A stretch of DNA of 64,000 bases from contig MNCI01000751.1 in the NCBI GenBank assembly GCA_015680685.1, forward strand, positions 186,001-250,000, written 5' to 3'. The position numbers and the translations under genes were made by a program. Below the pieces are notes generated by a model that was given only the letters and a program-made list of their open reading frames with translations, ran no database searches and was not told the origin of the DNA. Every line of letters starts with the position of its first letter. Within the stretch, counting starts at the first letter, position 1. The stretch is from Gnetum montanum. Taxonomy: Eukaryota > Plantae > Gnetophyta. Shown piece by piece: positions 50,845-64,000 of this stretch.

Positions 50845-53800
50845 CTACTTCTTGACCCGATGCGGGTTGAGTGAGACATAAGGCCGAGACATTCTGCTAG
50901 GGCCTTTGTCTACGTCATCGCCTCCCTCTTGGAAGGGCAACTCAGTCCATGTGTTTTCGTTTTGAGGATCAATTTGTTGAGCTGACCCCTCTACCGGGTA
51001 GTTAGTGTAGATTGCTGTAGGTGCTTCATTCTTAGAAGTTATGACTTTTGAGCCTTGTTCCATGCCTACATTGTGAATTTCCTGTGTTGCTACATCGTCA
51101 CCGTGGATCACCACTTCTCTGCCTATGTACGACAGGTGGATCTTCTGGTGTATGGGTGAGGAAACAACCCTAAGCTATGCCAACCATGATCTTCCCAGGA
51201 TCAGGTTAAACCTAGGCATTTCCTTGACCATGATGAACGTTGCGCTTGTGGGGAACTGGTCCCCTGCTATGAAGTTCATGTGAACTATGCCCTTCACCAT
51301 GACCTGTGCCCCATTGAACGACCTTAGGCATGAGGTCATCATGGATTTGATCTGGTTGACCAAGCCTAGCCTATCCACAAAGGGGAAGGGGATGACATTC
51401 GTGGCGGCCCCATCATCAATGTGTACCCTTTGAATCCAGTGTTGGCCTACCCAAATTATGATGAAAAGGGGCACTGCAGTCACCTGAGCCCCCTCAGGGC
51501 CTTCCCTAATGGCATCGTTGCGAAAGGTTAGTTGAGGTTGTTTTGATCGTGTAGGCGTGGAGGGAAGCATGACTGAGTAGATCATTTCTTCCTCCACTGG
51601 AATGTCTTTGTTGACCGGTGTCACTGTCAACATGCAGATTAGAGCCTAGCGGTGTGGGATAGATGTCATGATTAGGTCGTACAAGCTCAACGTAGTGTTT
51701 TTTTTTGTTTTAGAGCTTGTTTGACCTATATGAGGGCGTCCAAGAAGTCTTGGCTGCCCCCTTGTTTGATGCCTTCTTCCTCTTCTATTCACCTCAGAAG
51801 AAGAACTTCTCGAGGAGAGGAAACTTTAGATCTGGGTTTAGATCCTCGTTGGTAGAGTGATGTAGGCTGTGTAGTCGTGTCGACCTTCATCTTTGGTGGT
51901 GAAGGTACAGGTGTGTGGGGTGAAGACGTAGGCTTGGAGGTACCTTTGATGATACTTTCCTTCAATGTCTCGCCTGCAAAGTAGACTTCTTGCCTTACGG
52001 GGCGAGAAGGCTGTTCAACTACGTTGCGTGGGGTAGTGGCCGTCGAGGGCATCAGTTCCCTAATGACGAATCGAGCTAGAGGTGTTAATGGGTGGGATCG
52101 TGTGGCTCCGCTAATAGGTGAGGCAAAGGTGGATGCCCGTGGTGGGACTTTTAGGATGAATGGCTACTGTGAGCTTGGACCAGCTATTGGTGGTGATGGT
52201 GCACTACGCTGAGGCACACGGTCCATGAATGGTCACCAGGGTGGCCTAGAATCACTGTCAATGCTGATGGCGTTGATTATGTAACTGGCATTGTTGGCAT
52301 TGAGGGGATCTATGTAGACATACATAGATTAGTTTTCAGGGTGCACTGGGTTGCTTTCGTCCGACACTAGCTTCCCTTGGTCAATTAATATTTGGATGTC
52401 GTCCTGCAGCGCCAGACAGTAATCAGTGTTGTGACCACACTGTTGGTGGTAGTCACAAAACTTGTCTAGCCTGAAACCCCTAGGAACTAGAGGCTCATTG
52501 GGCAAGACCAAAGAGGGGTTCCTAATGAGCTCACAGTAGTGTTGATGTCTCTCATTTGCTTCTTCCAACATATGCTTGTGTTGGATGTATCCCACTACCA
52601 ATAGTTGCTTCAGGAGCTTCGAAGGTTTGAGAGGTAGTGGGTGTACTTTGAGCGATCTTTGTGCTCAAAGTTGGGTTTGGTTTGCACAGATGTCTCAGGT
52701 GTAGCAAGTTTCAGTACGTGGACCTGCTTGGGCATGGGGCTAGCTGCAGGTTTGGCTGATTTCTTGCTGTTCTTACTACCATTGTTGCTAGGTTTGGGCT
52801 TGGCCTCAGTCGCCACAATGGCTACTGTTGTTTTTTGGGCCTTACCCTTGTCCTTCTTTGCAAAGGTGTTTTTGTAAGTGATGTAGGTCAGGTCTTTTCT
52901 TGTCTCGGCCACGTCTTGTATGCCCTTAGTTTGAGCGAAAGCTTGACTAAGAGAGCAAGGAGTGAGGTAGTATAGTTTGGACTTGATGAAGTCATTCATT
53001 GCATCCTTAAAGATGGCCAATAGATGGGCCTTTGCGATGGGCTCGTAGATTTCGTTAAGGGTTGCAGTCCAACGTTGAATAAAATTTTGGACTGGTTCTA
53101 GCAGGTCTTGCTTCACGCTCATCAACTGATCCAACATGGTTTCTGGCTTCAAGTTGTACTTGAAGCATGTCATGAATTGGGTTAGGAGTTCTTCCAAAGT
53201 TGAAATGGATGAGCATGGTAACATGTAGTACCAGTCTAGGGCTTTCTTGGCTAGGGACATGGCGAAGATGCGAATGATCGTGTGCAGCCATTGTTGCAGT
53301 AACAAAGATTCAGACCTGAAGGTGAAAAGATGTGCATTGGGATCTCCCTCCCCATCGTACTTCGTGAAGTATGCGAGAGACATCCCTGGGGGTAGTGTCA
53401 ATGCAGGGATTACAGGGCTGATGGGGTCATCCTGGTAGAAGTCTATGATTTTCTCCGTGTTAGACCCAGCAGCCTTAAGGCGTTTGATTTTCTTAGTGAG
53501 GGTCTAGATGAGTTGGAACGCTTGGTCCAAACCTGGTGACGTTGTAGATAGTTGGGGAATTACGGAGGCAGCTCCCACCTATGGCATGATGGGGGCAGGA
53601 GCATGACCTATTGGCGGTACCATCACGATGACCCCCACGAGCGGTGCTATTTGCATTGTCCACCACCCAGTAGGTGGTGTTGTTAAGGCAACAACCGCGG
53701 GTTGGGCTGCTGGATGGATTGCTTGTGTCATCGATAGCATAGACCATAGCCCCATGTTAGGTTGTACCGTTTGCGAGGCTTGGTGGGTTTGAGAGCAAAC

Positions 53801-54655
53801 GTAGTGAGACATCTGCGATGATTGTGGAATAGGTGAAGAAGCAAATGGGGTCCACCATGCAGACGGGCCAGGGACCACCACAATGGATGGAACGGATGTG
53901 AATGTAGGAATGGCAACAGAAGTTACATACGATTGTGAAATAGGCACGGTATGAACATGTGGTAGGGTAGCTGCGTTTGGCATATGGTGTGCTATAGGGA
54001 TGGACTGTTGAATAGTTTGTAAAGGGATAGTAGTTGCAAATGAAATAGGTGAAATAGGCGAAAGAGGGCATTGAAACCCCATAGGATTGGCATGGCTACC
54101 CATAGCGGATGTAATCGTAGGTTGCAAAAGCGTAGGTGTAATCACGAAGGGAGCAGTGATAGGCAGTGGCTTGGCTCAGAAGGACTGGGTAAGAGGGATC
54201 AGAACGGGGTTGGTTGGACCTCCCTTGTCTGATTGGGAATCAAGTTCCTCTTATCCATCCTAGAAAGCGTCATCTTGGTTGGACGCTGTGTGCCATTACT
54301 CCCTAAGCCTAGCCAATTGGATTAATTGGTCTAGAAGCCTTTGGTCTACTTGTGTTAAAGGTAAGGAAACATCGAGAGTAGGAACAAACTCCTTCCTGTT
54401 GCAGTAAGCGAACTCGAAGCTGTGTTTGTCCTCAAGTTTGTGTACATCCAAGGGAAGATTTTCTTGCACCTTTGCATAGAGGAAACTATAACGTTCATGT
54501 TGCTGGGCCAATCCCTTAGGTCCTTGATTTTGGATTCTAAGAGATCGACGCATCTCCAACATCTAGTTCAGCAGTTGTTTGGCACTAGTAGTGCCTCTAA
54601 CTACGATCGGAACTTCGACATTGAAGGTGTGAGTGGCAGTGTTCGAAAAAATCAT
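50845..54655 (-). pseudogene. gag: gag-protease of B
   Basis: FTKYDGEGDPNAHL, ALDWYY, FCDYHQQCGHNT; RVHIDDGAATNVI and FNLILGRSWL. Confidence 0.93.
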
Positions 54656-54784
54656 TGTTAAGCAAATAGTTATGCAAAAAGTACAAAAAGTTATGCAAAA
54701 GAATGTGAAAGAACAAAGAAATTGGAAAACAACAAAAAGAAAGGCTTTACGTCTTGCCGGATTCTCGAGGAACTGCCAAGGCAA

Positions 54785-55170
54785 CCATTCTACACCACAC
54801 GTGATGGGGTACAGAAGACATGCAAGACTACTGTAAAATGGGCAAGCTAGCTAGCGATCAAGAAGGCTTTGCATCTCGCAAGATCCCTGAGGGACCGTCG
54901 AAACGACCAATATTTACCACACGAGATGGGGTACAAAACGCATGCAAGACAACCGTAAGATGGGCAAGCTAACTAGCGATCAAGAAGGCTTTGCGTCTCA
55001 TAGGATCCCCGAGGGACCGTCGAAGTGACTGATCTGTACCATGCGAGATGGGGTACGGAACACATGCAAGACTACCATAAAATAAGCTAGTTAGGTAACG
55101 ATCGGAGGCCTTGTGTTCTGTAGGGCTCCCGAGGAACCGTCGAGGCGATCGATCTGCACTGCACAAAGCG
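54785..55170 (-). repeat. Three ~123-bp tandem repeats in the 5' UTR of B
   Basis: GATGGGGTAC...CATGCAAGAC...AGCGATCAAGAAGGC...CCGTCGA repeated. Confidence 0.9.
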
Positions 55171-55267
55171 CAAACAACCATAAAAGGGTGTCATGTTTAC
55201 GCTTATGCATATTAGGGTGTAGAAGGCTCATAGAACTACCATGACACGTGAAAAAGGCACCAAAAGG

Positions 55268-55284
55268 CCCTCCTTCTAGTGTCA
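55268..55284 (-). promoter_or_regulatory. Primer-binding site of B (tRNA-Asn)
   Basis: Minus strand TGACACTAGAAGGAGGG, 6 nt inside the LTR end. Confidence 0.85.
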
Positions 55285-55290
55285 GAAAAC

Positions 55291-56995
55291 TGTAGCAATT
55301 GAAAACGTCGGTGGCTAGAAAACACCGAGGGGTCGATGGGCATGATAGTTTTGACCCCATACCCACGGGAGGGCTGTGCTAGGTGTGAGCAGATATGGGG
55401 CACTCTGAATGATCTGATCGATCAGACAGGGACTTAATTGACGTCTATATAGTCTTTTGCAACATATAGTTTTGAAAACAGGAAAAAAATGTGAAGTAAT
55501 GCTTGAAAGTAAATAAAGCAGAAAAAATAGTGCAAAGTGTAGCAATAAGAAGGAAACAGAGTAAAATGCAGTTAGAAAAATGCATCGCTCCGAAGCTACA
55601 AGTTTGCTCTGTCAAGGTGGATACAATTGGTTGCACAACGTGGCGGAGTGCAGAGATCTCGAGAGTAACCAGGACATGCAAGGAAAACAGGTTATGTGCT
55701 TGGGCACGGACTTGGGTGTTGACGATGCGGGGATTCTACCAAGGTGGTAGAAGGGGGATGGGACAAAATTCCAGTTGAAAATGCTAACTATTTGCAGTGT
55801 CAAATAGAAAGCTTACAATGCTTGATGCTACAATGTGCTCGGAAGAGAACTTGAGTGCCATAGGAGAAGTCGAAGGATCCAAAAAATCTTCCAACTTTTG
55901 AATGCTGCTTGTTGGAAAAAATTCGAAACTTCTTTGAATGCTGCTTGTTGGAAAAAATTCCAAACTTCTTTGAATGTTGCTACTTGTAAGAAATTCCAAC
56001 TAGACATTTTTTTGAATGCTACTTGTTGGGGTATTTATAGGACTAAGGGCATGTGAAAGGGGCAGTTTGGATGCCAGTTGCCTTGGGCCCACGTTGACTT
56101 GCTCATGCTACACATGCCATGTATGACCATTGGACTTGCATGACTGTTGTAATGCGAGTCTGTCATGCCGTAGCTGTGAGCCTGCCACGCCGTAATTGCA
56201 CAGTCAGCGTCTAGAGACATGTGCCAATGGTCCAATTAGGTGAAGTGCATTGATGTCGCACAACCACCCACATGCCTTGCTGTGTTTTGTAGCGTAGCAC
56301 CTTATCGCGCGTTCTGCTACATGTGTGTTGCATGCTTGCTATGCTACGCTATGCTATGTAGCATAACATAGCGTAGCGACTAGCCTTAGTCGTGAAAACT
56401 TTGTTGACTTACAAACTTTGCTTCCTATGTTGCTAGACCCACAAACTTGCTGATTCTATCCTTTGAGTTGCCTTCTGCCTCTTCCACAAGATTGCTACGC
56501 CTCACTGTGCCATTTAGCTTAGCGTAGCATAGTAGTAGACATGGTCTTCCACTTCCTGATAGAAAGGGACATTGTTGAAGGACTTGGAGTTGAGCAAGGG
56601 AACTGGTTGTATAGCTGTTGCCATGCTATGCTATGCTGCATAGTGTAGCGTGGCACTTCATTCTGCAGTTGTTTCCTAAAGCTTGCTACGCTACATAGCG
56701 GGGTGTAGCATAGCGTAGTAGACTTTGTAACTTAGAAAACTTGCTAAACTATTTCATGCATCCTGAACCCTACTGTCAACTTCATGCATCGTCTCTGAGT
56801 AGGCTGTCGGTTGGCAAACTACTTAGGTAGACAGGCAGGATGATCCGTAGAGCTTGTTTACACCTAAAGTAGAAAATTTTCCGAATTGGCCGACCCGAAT
56901 TTAGAATGTTCTCCTTTTGAAGAACTATCGTGGTGCTGCACGAATTGCAAGGCCTGGTGAAGCAAGAATGACTTCAAAATTTTTGGGGTATTTCA
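55291..56995 (-). repeat. 5' LTR of B (1705 bp)
   Basis: TG...CA termini; CTATAAATA at ~56032-56040 (-); 36-bp repeats at ~55897-56030. Confidence 0.95.
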
Positions 56996-57000
56996 ATAGC

Positions 57001-59287
57001 CTGGTTTGCATATCGAAGATTAGCAAGCTCCACGTATTCTATCATTTCCTCTATCTACAAATCCTTCAAGAAAATGTCTACTTTATTGTACTAATGAATT
57101 TCATCAATGATGGGCTTTTATAATTTATGTCCTTGTTGGAGGATCTCATTCACCTTTACCTTCGCCACTTGGATATGTTTTCATTTACTTCTTTTTGTAG
57201 ACCAACCTAGCCTTTATAGTGATCCTTGACTCTCTCAAATTTGAGAGACTTTAATTTTTAGGTAGCTACCTCTATTGCAATCTTTTGACAAAGGGCATGG
57301 ACCTCTTCCATGGAGAGGTTTCTATTTTCAGCTACCAATCTCCTTAGCTCTATGTTTGCTCTGGCTAGTTGTTCTTGCTATTGATGGATGAAATTGGTCA
57401 ACTATTGTTTATGTGCATCCACATTTCACAAGTGATGGCTCTTTCTAATTAGTTGCACATTCTCTTGGTGGGTCAGATCCATGGCCTGCTAAATTTTATG
57501 TTGGGTAGCCTCTACCAAGGATGAGTAGAACACCACCATCTCCATCACATTCTCAACCCCTTTTAGTTTAGTGTAAAGCTATTCAAGAGCTTCATCTCTT
57601 GTCAATGCCAGGTTGAGAAATGTAGGCTCAGTGATTTGGGCTCTTAATTTAGCAACTTTAATAGCCAAGCATTCGTTCAGCTTGCTAGCTATTTCAAGTT
57701 GCCCTTCCAAGATAATGTTTTTGTCCCTTGCCTCTAGCACCTCTAATTGCAGTAATACTATCTAAAAGGTCAAGGACATCTAAAATTGATTTCTCAATTC
57801 CCACTAGTTGGTCTAGTAGTTCTTCATGTTGTGCTATGCTTAATCTACTATTTATGATCCTTGAGGACATCTAGACATCTTTAAGTTTAGTGACATTTGG
57901 TATAGATACTACAGGTGCATTGAATTTTTTTGGAAATTCTATTAGTAATAACCTCTACTACTATTTGTTATCTTTTGTACTACATCACTAGTATAGTTGC
58001 CCCCTCATCTTTCTCCAAGTGCATCGAGAAGGTCATGGCATTCCTAGAAATCTTTGGGAGTGGCTGTTGTTCTATAATAGATACCTTTATGAAGCTAGGA
58101 TTCAACCTCATATATAACTGCATATGTTGGGCCTAACAAATGTATCCACCTACACTCAGCCGGATGATTGTTTGGACCACCTAATTTAGGTGACTTATCA
58201 TTGGTTGGTACACAAATGGATCCCCATCACTTGTGCCTACTCATTGATCTTTCTCACTCAAGAGCCATGCTTGGTATTCATGCAACTATTGGGATGTTGT
58301 AGTGATGTGCAGCATAATTTTTTGAGTGGTAGGTGGGGGTGGTGGCTACTTCTCATCTTCTTGAATAGTTGTTGCAGGCATCTTATCCTTCATCATCTCT
58401 ACCCAATTAGTAGTTGGAGCACATCTAATAGCATCATTTGTATAGCAGACTATTCCTCCCTTTCAACAAAGGTTTTTAATGAGGCATGGGAAGGGGAGTA
58501 CCTTCCTTCCATGTTCATTCTCTTTAAACTACTCTTACTCTAGATAGATCAGTTATGAAAGGTTGATATGGAATCTCCCACTTAGAGTAGTGCATGCACA
58601 GGTAGAAAAACTAGTGATCTTGCTAAGCCTCATCGTGGTGTTTAGGTGAAAGGCCGCAATCTTGTAGTAGATTCTTTCTACCAATGTGAGTGCAATGTAC
58701 TCCTTACGGTTGATGCCATAGCACCATTGAAGTGATTCCTTTTTGATGATAGGGTTTACCTACATTGGAATCTCAATGAGATTTGTCCTAGTTTCTGGCA
58801 ACCCAAGTGCTTCAACAATGGCGTGCACCAAGTAGGACACTGAAATGTCCTTGATTTTGATCATTGAACTAGTCTGATTGTTGTTCCAGAATAAGAATGT
58901 CTCTCTCATGTACCACTCCTTACTGAAAGTGATAATTGGTCAAATGGAAGAGGTCTTTAATTGGTCTTGTACTTCTTTAGGTTCTTTCTCCAAGAAAGAG
59001 TCAAAATTTAACTTCCGGAGCACTATTTTTTGGATCTCCCTTGATCTAATTTGATTCAAGTAGGCTTTCATCAAGGTCACATCAAGGTTTTCTTACTAAG
59101 CTGATGCCTCATCTTGGTGGGAATGTTTTGTTGCTACTACTAGTTCTAAAATCTAACAAATAGATTCCACTTGAACCTCTTCCCCAAGAGGATCCATGGC
59201 TACTTCTTGGCCCCTTCTCATTCTAGGTCATTTCTCCTTAAGTTGAGACAATCCTCCTTCTTATGTGTGTTTGCCTTTTGGTGTCAT
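57001..59287 (-). pseudogene. Accessory (env-like) ORF of D, N-terminal and middle part
   Basis: ATG at 59287; conserved EWY...FW...LGLP block; Pro/Gln-rich linker; long heptad-like region; many stops. Confidence 0.75.
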
Positions 59288-59428
59288 CTACGATCACAAC
59301 ACATTCAGTAATTAGTAGATATAATGTGTAATTTCAAATTTTCGAATACCTTATCTCATTAATTAGTCATACTTTGGCTAAGGTTGGACCATGGTAGATT
59401 GATTATTTTATTAATTATTTATTGTAAA

Positions 59429-60717
59429 TGTCACAGGAGCTTATTGGAAAGGTTTAACTCTTGTAATTTGGTATTTAAATATTGATTTCTTAGTTAAACC
59501 TTTGTGGGAGTTAGAAAAATGGCAAAAAATTTCTATCAAAAATGGCACATTTGTGGTCCCCATGACTAAGAGCTTACCTTTTATAGCTACAGGGTTGAAG
59601 AACAAAGTGATTTGGATAAACGATTAGGAAGTTATGGGCTTTGAAAATTTGAAAAAGTCCCTTGGCATTTATGATCAAATGTGAACATTTCTAAGGGGGT
59701 TGCACATATTTATACTATTTTTGCACTACATTGATGGGGCTGCATATATGAGGCCTCGTATATGCATGGGCTTCATCGATAAGGTCCTGTTTATGGTGTT
59801 TGTAAATAAAATTTGGAAAATATTGAAAAATACATAGATTTTTTAAATGAATATGGGGTTCATGAAGTCCCAGAAAAGCCAAGAATATGATGAAATCATT
59901 GAAGAGGACCTTTGAAAACTCAAAAATTTGATGGATAATGTGGAAATTAAAGAAAATATGTAAGGGAGCACATGGTCGGATGCAAGAGATGGGTGTATGA
60001 AAGATTCTAATTGCAAGGATGCCTAGGGATAAGGTGCTTAACAATCCAACTAAGAGATATGCAAGTGGCTCCTCCCCATAGTAGGCACATGCCTTATTTG
60101 CCCTTGCATAACCTCAACTTGAGTCCATGGGCCCCATCAGTGATGAATGGTTGATGGAAGTTAAGGACCAAAACCCAGAAGGTTCTATCCAAGAATTCAA
60201 GTACGTTAGACAAAGACACTAAATCAAGAATATGGACATTGGGAGTGAGGTGTGTTATGGGGACCAGGGATGGATGATGGAGAAGGTGGAATGGAATTTT
60301 TAATTAAGATAATAAGAAGTCCCTTGTGGATTGGTGTTTAATTGACCTAAGAAGATCCATCCTTAGCTTAGATCAAAACCAACCTCTTTTAGTGACTTCG
60401 CATCGCTACTTTAAGACTAATCTACCTCCTTGAGAGACAAGAGTGCTTCTATAGAACAACCACCATTCTTGAAGAAAAAGAAAAGAGAAGTAGGAAGTGA
60501 GAGAGGGCCTTAGTTAGAGGGCACCTTTAGGCATAGGTAACATGCTATTCTAGTCTCATAACCAATGCTTGTAGCCCGTTTACCTGTCTAAGGAGTGTGC
60601 TTTAATTTCCCATCATGTTTTTGTTTATTTATTTTATTTTATTTTTTCCTTCTTTTTTTCTTTCTGGGGAACCACACCATGCAAAGACTTTATTCAACTT
60701 CATATTATTGGTTGACA
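59429..60717. mobile_element. Possible solo LTR inside D
   Basis: TGTCA...TGACA termini and LTR-like composition; flanks GTAAA and CGAAA match at only 3 of 5. Confidence 0.4.
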
Positions 60718-61399
60718 CGAAATGGTAAAAAGTCCATGAAAACACTCATGCACCCAAGCAAGTAGAAGAGTACAAAGAGTATTGAGTCCCTTGAAGTCAT
60801 ACCCTGTGCAAACATTTGAATCCTTCCCAATTCTAGAAACTACCAAGGTCACAAATTTATTAAAAGTTTATTTACTGAAAGGGACCTCAAACTTCCAAAA
60901 CAAGGAAAACCATAGAATTTTTGGATGGGTGGATGTCGTGGACTCGCTCCTTGTTCCATGAAAAAGAAACCATGTTTTAGCCATTGATATGAAAATTAAA
61001 AAATAGAAAGTAGCTAGTAGCAAAAAAAACATTAAGCACAAACCACCATTAGCAATATCTATAACACCATTGTGTCCTATTGGCATAAAGCACATTTATT
61101 AAGAAAAGTTAGAAAATCACACTAAAATAAAGTAAAATATATAAGAAAGTGTAAAATACTCAAGAAAGATTTAAATGTACTAATGATGGTGTAAAACAAA
61201 AATGATGTAAAATAAGAAAAGGTTTTAAAAATCAAAAAGGTGTAAAATAAATAATTTGCAAAGACAAAAATGTGTAAAATAAAAGATAGAGAAATTGAGG
61301 AGGCAGGCATATGATTAGCATAAATGACCATCTCACCCATGACTGAGTTGAAAGGAAGAGATCTAAAAAATTGAGTGTAGTTGCCCATCCATTGAGGTA

Positions 61400-64000
61400 T
61401 TTTTTGCACTGGCTTGCTTGGGCTTATGAAAAGGCTTTATCTGTTGGATGTTGACCAACTGCTTCTCGGTTGGGCTCTTAGGTTTGTATATGGTCATGGC
61501 CATAGATGAAGAGGTTTCATCAATTATATAAGGCCCCTCCCACAATGTTTGAAATTTGGTTTGTTGAGGTACATGTGTGGGATTCCAATAGAGAATCTTA
61601 TCTCCTGGTTGAAATTTTACTTTCTATATTCTAAGATCATGTCATTGTTTGTTAAATGCCTTCTGCACTTCATTCAAAGATAGGGCCACCAATCAATTTT
61701 TGTCTAGCACATTTAAGTTGATCAGTCTTTCTTTTTGTGCCAAACTTAGATTAAGATCTAGGTCATAAGCCATTGAGAGTGTATGAAGCTCAGATTGACT
61801 TGGGAGCATTGGAATTTTTCTATACATCAACTCATAGGGAGAGTAGCCAATAGGAAGTTTCCATGTTGAGTGGTAGGCTCAAAGGGCATTGTTGAGTTTT
61901 GTGCTCTAGTCTCTCCTATATTTGCTAATAATTCTTGTTAGAATATTTGTGATCTCCCTATTAGTCACCTCTATTTGATTGTTGGCTTGGGGGTGATATG
62001 GTGTTGTTAATTTATGTTCAACCCTCAAGTGTTGCATGATTTTTCAAAAAGTAGCACTTGCAAAATGGGTTTTGTTGTTAGAAATTAGTACACGTGGCAC
62101 TCCAAACCTATTCACACAATTTTTTTGTACAAATCGAGCAATAGTAGATGATGTATAGTCACTGATGGCCACTGCTTTTGCACATTTGGTATAGTAGTCA
62201 ATGGTGACAATTATATCTGCCTTCTTATTGGACATGGGTGTGATGGAATCCATAAAGTCTATGCCCCATATGTCAAAGGGCTCTATTGGTTGAATCCACT
62301 ATTGAGGATCCTCTATTTATGTAGTCATCCCATTATATCATTGACAGCACTCATAGGATTAGATAAATTGGTGGGCATCGTTGAAGATTGTGGGCCAATA
62401 GTATGCTGCCATCAGAATTTTTATGGCTGTGTGTCTCCTAGCATAGTGGCCTCCATAAGGGCTTTCGTGGACATCTTGGAGAATGTGCAATTGATCCACA
62501 TTAGGTACATACCAATGAACTAGGCCATCAACACACACCTTGTAAAGTTGTTTATTGATTTCTATGAAGTGCTTAGCCTAATGGAGAAATTGTTGTTTCT
62601 TTTGGGGTCTAGATCTTGTGGCATCTCCTAAGTGATAAGATAAGTGAGGATGCCATTATACCATTTTGGTTATGGAGGAACTTATTTAGTTATAGCCCTG
62701 ATAAAGAGTTCATCAAGAAATAGATTAGATAGTGGACTTTTCTCCTCTTTGTTATTCCATTACAACTGAGACAAGTGATTAGGGACCACATTCCTAGTCT
62801 CCTTTTGATCTACCATTGTAAGATTGAATTCCTATAAGATCACTAGCCACCATATGACATAAGGGCTCATTATTGATTTGTTCATGAGGAAGTAGATGAC
62901 ACTATGATCAGTGTGCACAAACACTTTATATCCAAGCACATAGTGCCTAAACTTTTCTAGACCATACATCACTACCATTAGTTCTTTTTCTATTATCATG
63001 TAATTTAGTTGTGCACCCACAATGCTTTGACTTGCATAGTGGATGCAATATGGACATTTTTTATCATCCAACTGTGTAAGAACAACTTCCAAGACATAGT
63101 TAGATGCATCTATCATGATATGGAATGGTTTGGATTAGTCAAGTGCTTATAGAATTGGAGTCTCTACAAGCTTCTACTTGAGGCTCTGGAGTGCATTTTC
63201 ACATTCCTTGGTCTAGATGAAGGGTACATATTTCTTTGTTAGCTCAATTAATGGTTTCGTGATCTTAATGAAATTCTCTATGAATCACCAGTAGTAGTTA
63301 GTGTGTCCAAGAAATGATCAAACATCTTTTACAATTTTTGTTTGATGAGCAATTCCTTGGATGACCCTTATCTTTTTGGGGTCTACGTCAATCTCTTCCT
63401 ATGAAATTCTATACTCTAATACAATGCCTTCTTGGACTATGAGATGACTCTTTTGCTAATTGAGCCATAGATTTGTTTCCATACATCTTTTTAGTATTTG
63501 CTCAAGGTAGTCCAAGGCTTGCTCGAATGTAGTATCATAAGTGGAAAAGTCATCCGTGAAGGCTTCCACTTCACTACCTATTTGCTATTGAAAGATGCTA
63601 ATGACTAGATGTTGAAAAGTGGTAGGAGAATTTCATAGATCAAAAGGCATCTTGTGATATACAATGGTCCCCCAAGGACCTCTGAATGTTGTTTTGGCCT
63701 AATCTTCTAGTGCAATCTAGATTTGGTTATAGCTACTATAACCATCTAGAAAATTGTAATAGCAATGCCCTAATATGGTGTCCAACACCTAATTAATGAA
63801 TGATAATGAAAAATGATCTTTGAATGTTGCCATGCAGCTTGAAGTTGATACAAACCCGCAATTTGCAATCTTTCTTTGGCACTATCACAAGTGGGTTAAT
63901 CCACTCACTATCTACAATGGGGTAGATAAAACCTACCTTAAGGAGTTGCTTAGTCTCCTCTTTGATGATTTGCTTCAATTTTGGGTTCAGCCACCATTGT
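61400..64000 (-). pseudogene. pol: Athila-like pol (RT-RH-INT)
   Basis: IYPIVDSEWINPLVIVPKK and FLDGYSSYNQI (RT); DASNY...EKELMVV...HTDHS (RH); WGIDFM, DYYTK, RFGVP, WEGPY (INT). Confidence 0.93.

Larger units (their letters stand above)
38627..56995 (-). mobile_element. Element B: full-length (18.4 kb) Tat-lineage retrotransposon with the same architecture as A but diverged
   Basis: LTR pair; perfect TSD ATAGC (38622-38626 and 56996-57000); PBS; PPT; gag-PR-[antisense gene]-RT-RH-aRH-INT. Confidence 0.96.
37142..64000 (-). mobile_element. Element D: Athila-like Ty3/Gypsy element, 5' part outside the window, interrupted by B
   Basis: RT-RH-INT without aRH, downstream sense accessory ORF, TTGAGGACAAG...TAGGGATA tract, then an LTR with TGAT...ATCA termini. 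Confidence 0.82.

Noticed and set aside
60868-61409. Short hydrophobic ORFs suggesting membrane or envelope peptides
   Set aside because: T-rich composition explains the Phe/Leu/Ile bias, and no conserved counterpart was seen.

Overview
This window is land-plant heterochromatin made almost entirely of decayed, nested Ty3/Gypsy LTR retrotransposons. No host gene is evident, and the fern/lycophyte/gymnosperm-type origin is only inferred. From left to right: (1) a chromovirus-type element (1-6119) whose integrase HHCC motif is split by a ~2-kb solo LTR (2307-4296); (2) an old Athila-like remnant E (6120-9084); (3) an old Tat-like element C (from 9085). C hosts a complete Tat-like element A (16806-36054, +, TSD CCTAT) and an Athila-like element D (37142 to beyond 64000, -). 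D in turn hosts a second complete Tat-like element B (38627-56995, -, TSD ATAGC). The standout feature is that A and B, with a remnant in C, carry a ~4.5-kb multi-exon ANTISENSE gene with a candidate TATA box, lying between protease and reverse transcriptase. By manual translation its second exon encodes an FCP1/SCP (NIF, UBLCP1-like) HAD phosphatase-like domain whose catalytic Asp residues are replaced in both copies. This domain is followed by a plant-transposon-type accessory domain and a coiled coil. Tandem arrays of a TAAACTAGC motif flank the module. All ORFs are pseudogenised. Domain calls come from manual motif recognition, not database searches.
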